A stretch of DNA of 64,000 nucleotides, from contig NW_018408896.1 in the NCBI RefSeq assembly GCF_002113885.1, positions 2,870,487-2,934,486 of the forward strand. The letters run 5' to 3'. The notes under the pieces were generated by a model. That model did not search any database. It had not been told where the DNA came from and saw only the letters and a program-made list of their open reading frames with translations. Of the stretch, positions 53,815-64,000 are shown piece by piece. Both the position numbers and the translations under genes were made by a program. This DNA is from Mizuhopecten yessoensis (lineage: Eukaryota). Each line of letters starts with the position of its first letter. Positions within the stretch are counted from its first letter, which is position 1.

Positions 53815-54139
53815 GATGTTGTGTCTAAGGTTACATTGTAACTGTTGCTATATCCTGTCCTACATTTGCGTTGTTACAACTTTGTAACTTTGTTACGTTT
53901 TCATTGTTGTAATTTGTGTATGTTTGTACTTTGCTTTAGTTATAGATGTTGTCTAAGGTTACATTGTAACTGTTGCTATATCCTGTCCTACATTTGCGTT
54001 GTTACAACTTTGTAACTTTGTTACGTTTTCATTGTTGTAATTTGTGTATGTTTGTACTTTGTTTTAGTTATAGATGTTGTGTCTAAGGTTACATTGTAAC
54101 TGTTGCTATATCCTGTCCTACATTTGCGTTGTTACAACT
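53815..54139. repeat. About 129-bp tandem repeat, 2.5 copies
   Basis: GATGTTG(TG)TCTAAGGTTACATTGTAACTGTTGCTATATCC... at about 53815, 53944 and 54073. Confidence 0.92.
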
Positions 54140-55579
54140 GTAGTATTATAACATATTTACAGAATCCTCGCATTGTTACAATGTATACCGTTGTTATATA
54201 TTTTCGTTAGTACAACATTATTAAACTTTTTAAATACATTTGTTGTGTTGACGTATTTTGAACTGTGAGGACAAACATTTGTTATGATAATAGTGTTATA
54301 CTGTGTATTCATTTATCGTATGTTGTAATTAGGTCCACATGTTATGATTCACAGTAGCAAATTCAAAATCTACTAAAGTGATATTTACAAAAAAACTCTG
54401 TGTCATGATTTCTTTTCTTTATGTAGACAAAATAGTAATGACCAAGAAATTCGTGAATAACATTTGACCGATAATCCTTTTGTGGCTTCACTCAATGCTG
54501 ATGAGATTTTAAAGTAATCATTATGACATAGATTAACTCTATTTCTATTTCTATGTAAAACGCGATTAAAAACCTGATAACATTAGATATTCTATTTCTT
54601 ACATTTCTTCCTTGATTTGACAGGGCGAATGATTACAGGTGCAACATGTGGTGGAAGAAATGACGGAGAAGGACATTCCAAAATAAAACTGTTTGTTTTC
54701 TTTGTTGCAGTTTGTGATGTCTTTCCGTTTGTTTTGTGTTGTCTTTTCGTATCGAACTGGAGTAACTTGTCATCGTTATATGATATTCTTTTTTAATCGA
54801 ATATTTGTTTCCTAACGACTATTTGTCGTTTTTGTCATTTCCATTTATTAATCTGAGTGAATGACGCTATGTGTAATTCTTTCCAATCTGTCACTTCGCA
54901 CTTCGATAATGTAACAAACATGTACAGGTTTACAGTCCAAAAAAAACACAACACGTCATTATTAGAGATATCAAGTTTCTGGGAGAATTAAGCGAAATAG
55001 TAACACGCCAAATGTATAAGTTGGTATATTCTACGACGTTGGGTAGGTGGAGATATGCCAATGTAATTCGATAACAATGTATCGTGTCTACAATAGGAAG
55101 AAAAGCGGAAGAATGTTGTTTCTACTCAACGTTACAATGTCTTTATACAATTTATTACAGTTTTGCGTGTACATTCATTTCTCTGTGAGAACGAAGATTT
55201 TGTATTGAATGAACTGACTACTTTGCTTCGTGTGATCGATTGATTTTTCATTGTCACGCCCTGATCTTACGCACATTGAGTTATTATCGCTGGGATTTTC
55301 GACGACGGAGGACTTTGACCTGTTATACGAGTTACAACATAGGTACATGGGAGATTAGTTCGATTGCAGCAATTTCATCTTTTTTAATTAATTAGTTTCA
55401 CCGCCTACGTTCATTTCTGGTGCTTCCCCTTAGTCACCTACTTGTGCTGTGCCAGACAGTAATACCAGTAATGCGTCGTTGTCCAAACCAATATCGGGAT
55501 ATCTCAATCATTCCGATGTATCATTGTTGCGTCTGTTTCTTGCCCCTTGGATGATGCTCGGCTATGGCTTAGTCAGAAA

Positions 55580-55815
55580 ACGGAATCTATGAAATAACAA
55601 AATGAATCGTCCTAAAAACACATATAACGTTAGGTAGATTAAACAATCGTCAGAAGTGTATGTCATTTCGGTTTAACTAGTCGTATAACGATTGTCAAAC
55701 ATCACCATACATGAAACGTCTTTAAAGGACATAAGAAGGTTATCAGTATTGATTGCTGCTATCGTTATAGCCTTTGTTTGAAGAACCTGACTGCGGTGCA
55801 CTGGTGATTAAGTAG
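55580..55815 (+). repeat. Left arm of a ~230-bp dispersed inverted repeat
   Basis: Near-identical to the reverse complement of 62028-62275. Confidence 0.9.
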
Positions 55816-56569
55816 GTCAAACGTGATTAACCGGATTGCTCTGGACCCTGAGTAAATATTAAATGTTGCCTCTGTCGCTTCAGTCCGGACGCTGACCTAA
55901 TTTCTATGGCCGTCAAAATAGTGTAATTGTGTTTTATTACGTTCTAATGGATTTAATAGTGTTTTCTATTTTAGCCCACCATCATCTGATGGTGGGCTGT
56001 TCAAATCACCCTGCGTCCGTGGTCCGTGGTCCGTCCGTCGTCCGTCGTCCGCCGTTCGTCCTGAAACAATTCTTGTTATCGCTATTTCTCAAATTTTATA
56101 TGTAGGTTCCCCTTGGTCCTTAGCTGTGCAGGGCAACTTTTGAGACTGATCGGATAAACAACATGGCCGACAGGCAGCCATCTTGGATTTTGATAGTGAA
56201 AGTTTGTTATCGCTATTTCTCAAGAAATATCAAAGGGGTCTTTCTCAAATTTTACATGCCGGTTCCCCTTGGTCCTTAGCTGTGCAGGGCATTTTTTGAG
56301 AGTGATTGGATGAACAACATGGCCGACAGGCAGCCATCTTTGATTTTGATATAGAAAGTTTGTTATCGCTATTTCTCGAGAAGTATCGGAGGGATCTTTC
56401 TCAAATTTTATATGTAGGTTCCCCTTGGTCCTTAGCTGTGCAGGGCAACTTTCGAGACTGATCGGATAAACAACATGGCCGACAGGCAGCCATCTTGGAT
56501 TTTGATAGTGAAAGTTTGTTATTGCTATTTCTCGGGAAGTATAAGAGGGATCTTTCTCAAATTTTATAT

Positions 56570-56925
56570 AATTAATAATAATAATAATTGGAGGTTCTTA
56601 TATACCGCTTTATCACAACCTAGTTTGTAGGTCGTCTCAAAGCGGTTCACAAATTATTATCCGTGGTTATAGGGCCTTTGCAGCTAGCCAGTACATTTCT
56701 CAACTCCCCTGGGAGCATACAGCCGGAGCTGCCATTTCGGCGCTAACAGCTAGCATTCAACAATTCTAGCACTGCCCAACCACGTACTCATTTACATCTG
56801 AGTAGACTGGAACAAGCGGAGTAAAGTATCTTGCTCAAGGATACAACACATTGCCGTGCCGTGGCTCGAACCCGCAACCCTTCGGTCACGAGCCCGGCGT
56901 CCTACCACTGGACTACCGTGCCTCC
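56570..56925 (-). mobile_element. CORE-type tRNA SINE nested in the 156-bp array
   Basis: A-box TAGTCCAGTGG, B-box GGTTCGAGCC, CORE-like TGTATCCTTGAGCAAGATACTTTAC...ACTCAGATGTAAATGAGTAC, L2-like tail TGTGAACCGCTTTGAG...AAAGCGGTATATAAG and (ATT)n. Confidence 0.85.
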
Positions 56926-57031
56926 TTGGTCCTTAGCTGTGCAGGGCAACTTTTGAGACTGATCAAACAACATTGCGGACAGGCAGCCATCTTGGATTTT
57001 GATATTGAAAGTTTGTTATCGCTATTTCTCA

Positions 57032-57158
57032 NNNNNNNNNNNNNNNNNNNNNNNNNNNNNNNNNNNNNNNNNNNNNNNNNNNNNNNNNNNNNNNNNNNNN
57101 NNNNNNNNNNNNNNNNNNNNNNNNNNNNNNNNNNNNNNNNNNNNNNNNNNNNNNNNNN
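57032..57158. other. Assembly gap (127 N) inside the tandem array
   Basis: N run flanked on both sides by the same repeat motif. Confidence 1.
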
Positions 57159-60100
57159 TGAAAGTTTGTTATCGCTATTTCTCAAGAAGTACCAAAGGGG
57201 TCTTTCTCAAATTTTATATGCAGGTTCCCCTTGGTCCTTTACTGTGCAGGGCAACTTTTTAGAGTGATCGGATAAACGACATGGCCGACAGGCAGCCATC
57301 TTTGATTTTAATATAGAAAGTTTGTTATCGCCGTTTCTCGGGAAGTATAAGAGGGATCTTTCTCAAATTTTATATGTAGGTTCCCCTTGGTCCTTAGCTG
57401 TGCAGGGCAAATTTTGAGACTGATCGAATAAACAACATGGCCAAAAGGCAGCCATTTTGGATTTTGATAGTGTAGGTTTGTTACTGTTATTTCTCCGGAA
57501 GAACTAGAAGGATCTTACTTAAATTTTATATGTAGGTTCCCCTTGGTCTCAGCTCTGCAGGGAAATTTTAGAGACTGATCGGATAAGAAACATGGCCGAC
57601 AGGCAGCCATCTTTGATTTTGATAGTGAAAGTTTGTTATCGCTATTTCTCTGGAAGTACGGGAGGGGTCTTTCTCAAATTTGATATGTATGTTCCACTTG
57701 ATCTCTCGTTGTGCATGTTATATTTTGAGACTGATCATAAAAACAAAATGGATTAAAAGAAGAACTAAACAGATCTTTCTCATATTGCAATAATCGATTC
57801 TATTTCTTTCACTTAATTACTGTACTGTACTAGTAAATATGTGAAATGATAAACTCACTTTGGAGGTTGGCTTTCATACACATCAGTATTAAGTTTAGAT
57901 CAAAAGTAACCTTAAGGTGCATTTACTGTTAACATGAATCGATCAAACAGATAAGAGGAAAGAAGAGAAAAGATCGAACTGAAAAAGAACTAATGAAGAT
58001 GGTACAAAGGTGGGCGCCAAGATCCCTCCGGGATCTCTTGTTCCCTTACAAGTCCGTTTATGGCAAAGATTTCAATATTTTGGCAAAGATTTCACTCGCG
58101 GTTTAATGTTTGTTTTGAGCGCACGTCGGCCGAACAGCCAAATGAGCTTATGCTTATGATGAAGCCTATCGGCAAGATTTATGGACAATATCACAAATCT
58201 ATTAAGCAATATCTGTATATCCTGTTTATTTTTAGAACGTGCTATTACTACGATTTGACACATAGTTTAAATAGATGTGCATAGTGTATGTCGTCGATTA
58301 TCTTTCCAGAATATGATCTCATTTCTTTGTACGTTTTCGTTTTCCAGGTTCTCCATGCTGATCCCTGTTGATATTTTACCCTAGTTTTATCGATTTTGAA
58401 TCCAAATTACAGCCAAGCTGTTCTTCGGGTGACTTGTGCAAATGTTACTGCCAAAAGCTTTCCCTAGTAATATTTTTGGGGTAAAAAAGAATTAAGATAG
58501 CGCCATGGGTTCAAGCTAGTAGAAATATTTCAAAATTTTGACTAGTTCAGAAAATTAAGAAGAAGTGAGAGATATAGGCCCGATGGAATATTTCTTAAAT
58601 ACCAAATGTATATATATACATATATGATGGAGAGGTAGCATTGGTGAAATAACGTAATACTGTTTGCCCACCTACTGCATATTATTATAGTTATTCAGTA
58701 TTTAAACATTTCACTGATGGTGTCTATCTTACTAATGTTACATAGTCATCCCAAAGGTATGGTAGATTCGCCTTATAAAAAAGTCAGTTCGGGATTGGAA
58801 CTTGCCAAGTTCTAGTCCACGAGATGATGAATTGATTTGGTCTTGACGAGCTTCAAAACAGTTCATAGTTATCATTTCAACTGAAATACAACAATCAGCA
58901 AAATCAAGTGTTCCGCAATGTCAACACGAAACATAATCGCGATGTTATTTTATCTTGCTGAATTGACATCATTTCTATTTCAGGTAGTGTCAACGTTGGG
59001 AAGAAATGGGAACATTTATAGAACATTATTATATAACAATAGACAGAATGTGTGGTATCAATGTGGTTATGGGGTTTTTTTTGGTCGCAGGAGAGAAAAT
59101 AGTTTGCTATATCCGGTAATATAATGCATTTATAGAATAGAGTGGGGTATCAAATGAAGTTCAGAAGTACAAATTGGTATTTAATTAGATAGAAAAATAG
59201 GTCGTATATGATTCCGCGGAAATAAAGATATCACTTAAAATCGTAGGCAGCGTGAGCGCGTGAATCTAATAGCGTCGTCTTCTTACGCGCTGCTAACGTA
59301 ACAATGCACTATACATCAGAAAATAACATTGAATCGATAAATTGTTTTTGCATTGCAAACTGGAATGAGTTTGAGGTTATTTCATGCCGCCAGCTTCTAG
59401 GTGACTTTTAACTATACTCTTACACTTCATTGATCTAATTATGTGACAGACAACAACAAAGTGCGTATATGTAAATGTTTTTCATCTATCCATCAATTTA
59501 AAGTAAACAAGGTTAATGACTTCGATTCCAGGCCGTAAAAGGTATAAAGATGTTTATGACAGTTACATATATATCCTAGATTTGACAATTCTTACATTGA
59601 CTACATATATATCCTTGATCTGACAAATCTTACATTGGTGAACAGTTTCTATGCTTATGAAATATCTGGGTGACTCGATTCCACGACGGTACATGAAAAT
59701 GATGTATCGATAAACGCTGTTTTAATTTTGAAGACAGTAGTTCAGTCGAAATAGGTAAATAATGTGCGTTTACTCAAGAAAAATAAACTTGTTGTGTCTA
59801 ACCTAATATAAGTGAAAGGTAGAATTGATGTTACCCATAGCGTCAATAAAATACCCCAATAATGAAAATGTTAATGTCAACACGAAATGTCAACAAAAGG
59901 ATTTGACACACAGCCAAGGGAGAAGACAGCATAAACCTCGTGATAATCGCAGTTACAACCAGAAGGATCAGCATTCTCTGCATTTATACATATTTCCACA
60001 GTAACATTTTAAAACCCAAGTATCAGACCATTATGTCATTTCAAACACCAACGTAACAAATTTATACTAATACGTCAAAAGATACAATTGCCATTTGGAG

Positions 60101-60429
60101 ATCAGGCAAAAATATCGCGTACTCATGTACTGAGTTAGCTGTTGTAACCCTGTATGTCTATTCGCGGAAACGGTTAGGAAGACAGTGTCTTTTGTTTAAC
60201 TAGTTCCGTTCGTTTGAATTGCAAATAGTGACGTATTTTTCAAAGACATTATGGTTGTTAAACAATAACTAGTTTTGTTATTTGCAGCTGGACAACTGGA
60301 CAGGATTTTTAAACGAGCTTTGAAGAAAGAGAATATTTTATGTGAGTGTAGAATTACCGAAATTCGATCTCAAAATCGATGAAATTTAAACGAAATTAAG
60401 AGAAAAACAGAAATTTCCTCATTAAAAAG

Positions 60430-61900
60430 TTAACATAGAAGATGCTCCGGAAGGGTAACCATCTTCTGTTTCATCGACTCTCGTCATTTAAATCTAGGTC
60501 AACTGCAAGTTATGCCATGTTCTCAAAGCAAAGGGCGAAGTAGTGACAAGGAAACAGCAAGAAGCAATACAACTTAATAACGAGCCTTTTCAAATAATTT
60601 TAGATACATGTATACGGAAACAAATTATGTAGCATACTGAAGCGCTTACAAAACCGTTATCTTAACTCAAAATTGATAACAAATATTAACAAACGAAAAT
60701 GTTCATGGACACTTGCAAAAGCACAAGGAGAATAAGACTAGGTATAGCGTCTTTTGCTTTATCGACGACAACCGCGATGCAAATCTAATAGGTAATGGCA
60801 TGTCCTCATACAGAGGATTAGGGCTATGGCAACTAAACATTAAGGCATATCAATTAACATAATCAAAAACATCGACCTTCATATTATAGAACAAAGCGTT
60901 TCCAAATCAGATCACATAATGACGACCATACATTTTGTCTGTAGTTTTCATAAACCAGCATCTTTGAAAACCTTGTGTTGTACGTTAGTCTGTCAGCAGT
61001 CGACAGCTATTATGGAAGTCATGATATTCGGAGCAAGCTCTTGAGTAACGAATCAACTACGACATGTTAACACGGTAGGCTAGGAGTGGCGGGATGTTAC
61101 TATCAAGAAAAGGAAAATGCATGATCGGAAAGTCGCAATCCTACGTTTATCGTACATATAAGTAGTCAGCCGTCTCAGTTGGTCAGGTTGTAAGTAATAA
61201 TCATGAAGGTAAAGATCGTGGGAAGGATTTGAAGTAGAAATGCCTTTTGTGTCCTTGATTTCAAACTCGGAAGGGTATGGTCAGCAAATTTCGAGTAATT
61301 TAAAGACAACATATCGTCTATAAATCTGAATTTGCAATTGAAAGACTTGGTTATGATTTTGTTACCAGTCCTGATAAGATAATCAATAAATTCAGCCTGA
61401 TATGAAAACCAAACCAAGTCACCCAGCCGAGGGCGACAGTTTCTTCCCATAGGAGTGCCTCAGTCTGCTGGAAAATCTTACCATCGAACTCAGCAAAGAA
61501 ACTGTCCACTAGGAAATCCATCACTCTCACAATTTCATCCTCAGTATAGTTTAGTTTGGTCTTGAGTCATGGTAGTGTGAAGAATCGAAAAGTCAAAAGC
61601 TTTGATAAATGAAACATTTCTGAGGACAGGATGTTCAAGTTTGATTGAAAGATCTTTCGAATCATTCCAATTCTACATTCCATTTATTCCTCTTCTGGAG
61701 AACAAAGAGTCACAACACGAATGTAACCCTGATTTGATGGCACTAACAATAGTACTCGCTGTAGTAAAACAATGGACAATGACTTGGTAGAGCAACTAAC
61801 ATACCAGCGATAAAACGTTATTTATAAGGATCCTTTGAAAGTTTTGGAATCCAATTCAAACGAGGCAGATCCGTATACTAATCATTATTGGGTATTTTAA
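60430..61900 (-). mobile_element. Decayed Penelope-like retroelement RT
   Basis: ORF 61450-61175 MGRNCRPRLGDLVWFSYQAEFI...KSFNCKFRFIDDMLSLNYSKFADH matches the PMGTNCAPLLADLFLYSYE...FRYIDD pattern; terminal motif copies near 60440 and 60740. Confidence 0.8.
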
Positions 61901-62027
61901 AATACTGTAAAAAACGTCGAAAATCTTCCAAAAACACACACTGATATAGATTATTTCTGAATAGAATTATGATGGCGAACATACTCCTCATACACCTGCA
62001 TCATTCGTGCACTCGCCCAATCCGGTT

Positions 62028-62275
62028 ACTACTTAATCACTAGTGCACCGCAGTCAGGTTCTTCAAACAAAGGCTATGACGATAGCAGCAATCAATAATG
62101 ATAACCTTCTTATGTCCTTTAAAGACGTTTCATGTATGGTGACGTTTGACAATCGTTATACGACTAGTTATACCGAAATGACATACACTTCTGACGATTG
62201 TTTAATCTACCTAACGTTATAATAATGTATGTGTTTTTAGGACGATTCATTTTGTTATTTCACAAGATTGCCCGT
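62028..62275 (-). repeat. Right arm of the ~230-bp dispersed inverted repeat
   Basis: Near-identical to the reverse complement of 55580-55815. Confidence 0.9.
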
Positions 62276-62366
62276 CAATAATTTACAGCACGCAGGTCGT
62301 AATATTCAGTGCAAGCGAATATTGAACAAACTGCGACATGTAAACGCCGTAGTTGGGAGAAGTCAC

Positions 62367-62576
62367 AGGGACCTGAGGATTGTTACAGCTATATTTTGAC
62401 CTAAATTCAGGTGTTTAGAGTAAATTTACATGTTTAGGGGTTAAGATCGACTTCAGGTAAAAATGACACCCGCAATGATCCGAAAGTCGATCTAAACCCC
62501 TAAACCATGCATGTAAAATAGCTCTGAACATCTTAGTTTAGGTCCAAATATAGCTGTAACAAATTCTCAGGCCCCT
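62367..62576. mobile_element. Palindromic MITE (~210 bp)
   Basis: AGGGACCTGAGGATTGTTACAGCTATATTTTGACCTAAA ... TTTAGGTCCAAATATAGCTGTAACAAATTCTCAGGCCCCT; the inverted match continues nearly to the centre. Confidence 0.85.
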
Positions 62577-62599
62577 TTTGGTGAAGCTGGAATATCTTT

Positions 62600-63300
62600 A
62601 TCAAAAATGGGAAAGTTCACTATAGAAAAAAATTCGAAATCGTCACGTCCTCATATAGCGTATTGGTAAGCCGTCTCAGCTTGTCATCTTGTAAGAAAAA
62701 TTTAGGTAAGCGGCTGATGTAGAAAACGTCTGTTAAGTCATTGATGTCAAATTCATGAGCGTATATATGATCGACATGATCAACGAATGTTTTGTTATTC
62801 AAAGACAATGCATTACCAGTATGTTAGGGAGTGCAATTGCATTATTTGGCAAGGTCTTTGTAACTTGTCCCGTTAAGCTCTTCGATACATTCAGCCACAT
62901 ATTTAACCAAAAACGAGTCGACAAGGAGAGAGACATTTTCAATGTTGCCACCACTTTTACAAAGATTTTGTCAATCAGGAATCTAGTTATTTCCTTAGTG
63001 AGTACTATCTAAGTCTTTGTCATGTTTTTCACAAAATGTATATCTCTGGTACTTCACAACCATACATATTTACGCCGTTCGCCTTTCATGGATAATTTTT
63101 GTATCTCACAAAGGAAAAAAAGAATGCGTTCCTTCAGTTTGTTATGAGGTAGGGTAGTGCACACTGGGAAAATCCAGCATTCTGATCAAAGAAACATTTT
63201 AGATTAAAGGATTGAAAATCCACATTTAATTAATGACACTTCTAGAGTATTTATTGTCGCAATACCACTCAACTCCAATTTGACATTAAGAAATTTGGGT
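62600..63300 (-). mobile_element. Second decayed Penelope-like RT fragment
   Basis: LIDKIFV, SLNNKTFVDHVDHIY..EFDINDLTD, LTNTLYE resemble LIDNIFV / SLNNxxFxDYxxxIYPxELEIKDTT / LxTKLYDK. Confidence 0.7.
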
Positions 63301-63783
63301 AAATCTTGATTGATTGCAACTAGCTGAGCCGACTGAAAAAAAGAGTAAAATAGGGATTCTATACAAGGGAGGTTTGTATATTATCATTTACCGATTTTGG
63401 AAAAGATCCCACACAGAAGCACAGTAAGCTAGTATTTCGTTTGTAAGGTATCAATGGGCATCAAGAAAATCTGAGCTCCTTTTGAAAGCAGTATATATGT
63501 AATAGTGACTTCAGGCAAGGGCCAATTGATAAGATGTTTTGTCTGTCGCAGCCATATATTTATCATACAGATAGTTGGGTGTGGTTGGGGCAACAATCGA
63601 GGTGAAAATATACAGGTTTCCATTTTGGATTTCAAATTACCGATCATTTAGACCAATCTGAAATACATTGTCTGGCACGTCCTCCACGGAATCTATTAGT
63701 ATCGTGAGATTCACATTCGAATTGTTGGTAGGAATCTCTTCAAACGTCTCATGAAAAGCTTCCAGGGCATTACATTATGGATT

Positions 63784-63898
63784 ATTCCGTCTTTGCGTAT
63801 TGCAGAGTTGTCTTCTCTTGTGAGCAGGTATTGATTGTTACGTCATTGGTTTGGGTGAGAAAATTACGTCGTTTTCTCAAAAATTGATGACGTTACAC
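63784..63898. mobile_element. Truncated reverse-oriented copy of the 42059-42251 MITE
   Basis: Near-identical to the reverse complement of about 42135-42249. Confidence 0.85.
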
Positions 63899-64000
63899 TT
63901 TGAGAGAAAACATGGGTACTACTACATACAAGATTCTATTAACAGGATTCCGGAGGATCCGGTATACAACTTAGGTATAGGTTTGCAGTATAGCAATATA

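Larger units (their letters stand above)
55969..58042 (+). mobile_element. Non-autonomous Helentron/DINE-1/pearl-type element with an internal 156-bp tandem array
   Basis: 5' TTTTAGCCCACCATCATCTGATGGTGGGCT hairpin, (GTCC)-type microsatellite, ~8-9 units of 156 bp with AACATGGCCGACAGGCAGCCATCTTG, 3' GGTGGGCG subterminal repeat and AAGATCCCTCCGGGATCTCTT palindrome, TT termini. Confidence 0.85.

Noticed and set aside
56840-56925. Second tRNA gene
   Set aside because: It is the tRNA-derived head of a SINE, continuing into a CORE domain and tail.

Overview
AT-rich, repeat-dense eukaryotic DNA. The SINE, satellite and MITE repertoire suggests a bivalve mollusc, possibly a scallop (inference). The one clear protein-coding gene is a 5-exon flavin-dependent polyamine/spermine oxidase (SMOX/PAOX-like, 490 aa) on the minus strand, CDS 39356..13275, assembled by hand with all GT-AG junctions in phase. 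Its putative leader holds overlapping uORFs, and its promoter has a perfect CRE and a chained DR1-DR1 nuclear-receptor array. There is one intact tRNA-Phe(GAA). The rest is mini/microsatellites (two apparently grown from SINE ends), tRNA-derived SINEs, a Helentron/pearl-type element with 156-bp internal repeats, decayed Penelope-like RT fragments and palindromic MITEs. Most interesting: (1) two Crypton-like elements ending in long hairpins with an identical 14-nt GCGAAGC-containing loop in opposite orientation; (2) the uORF cluster on a polyamine-catabolic mRNA; (3) 24-30-bp palindromic insertions with 7-bp target-site duplications. No CRISPR or prokaryotic system is present.
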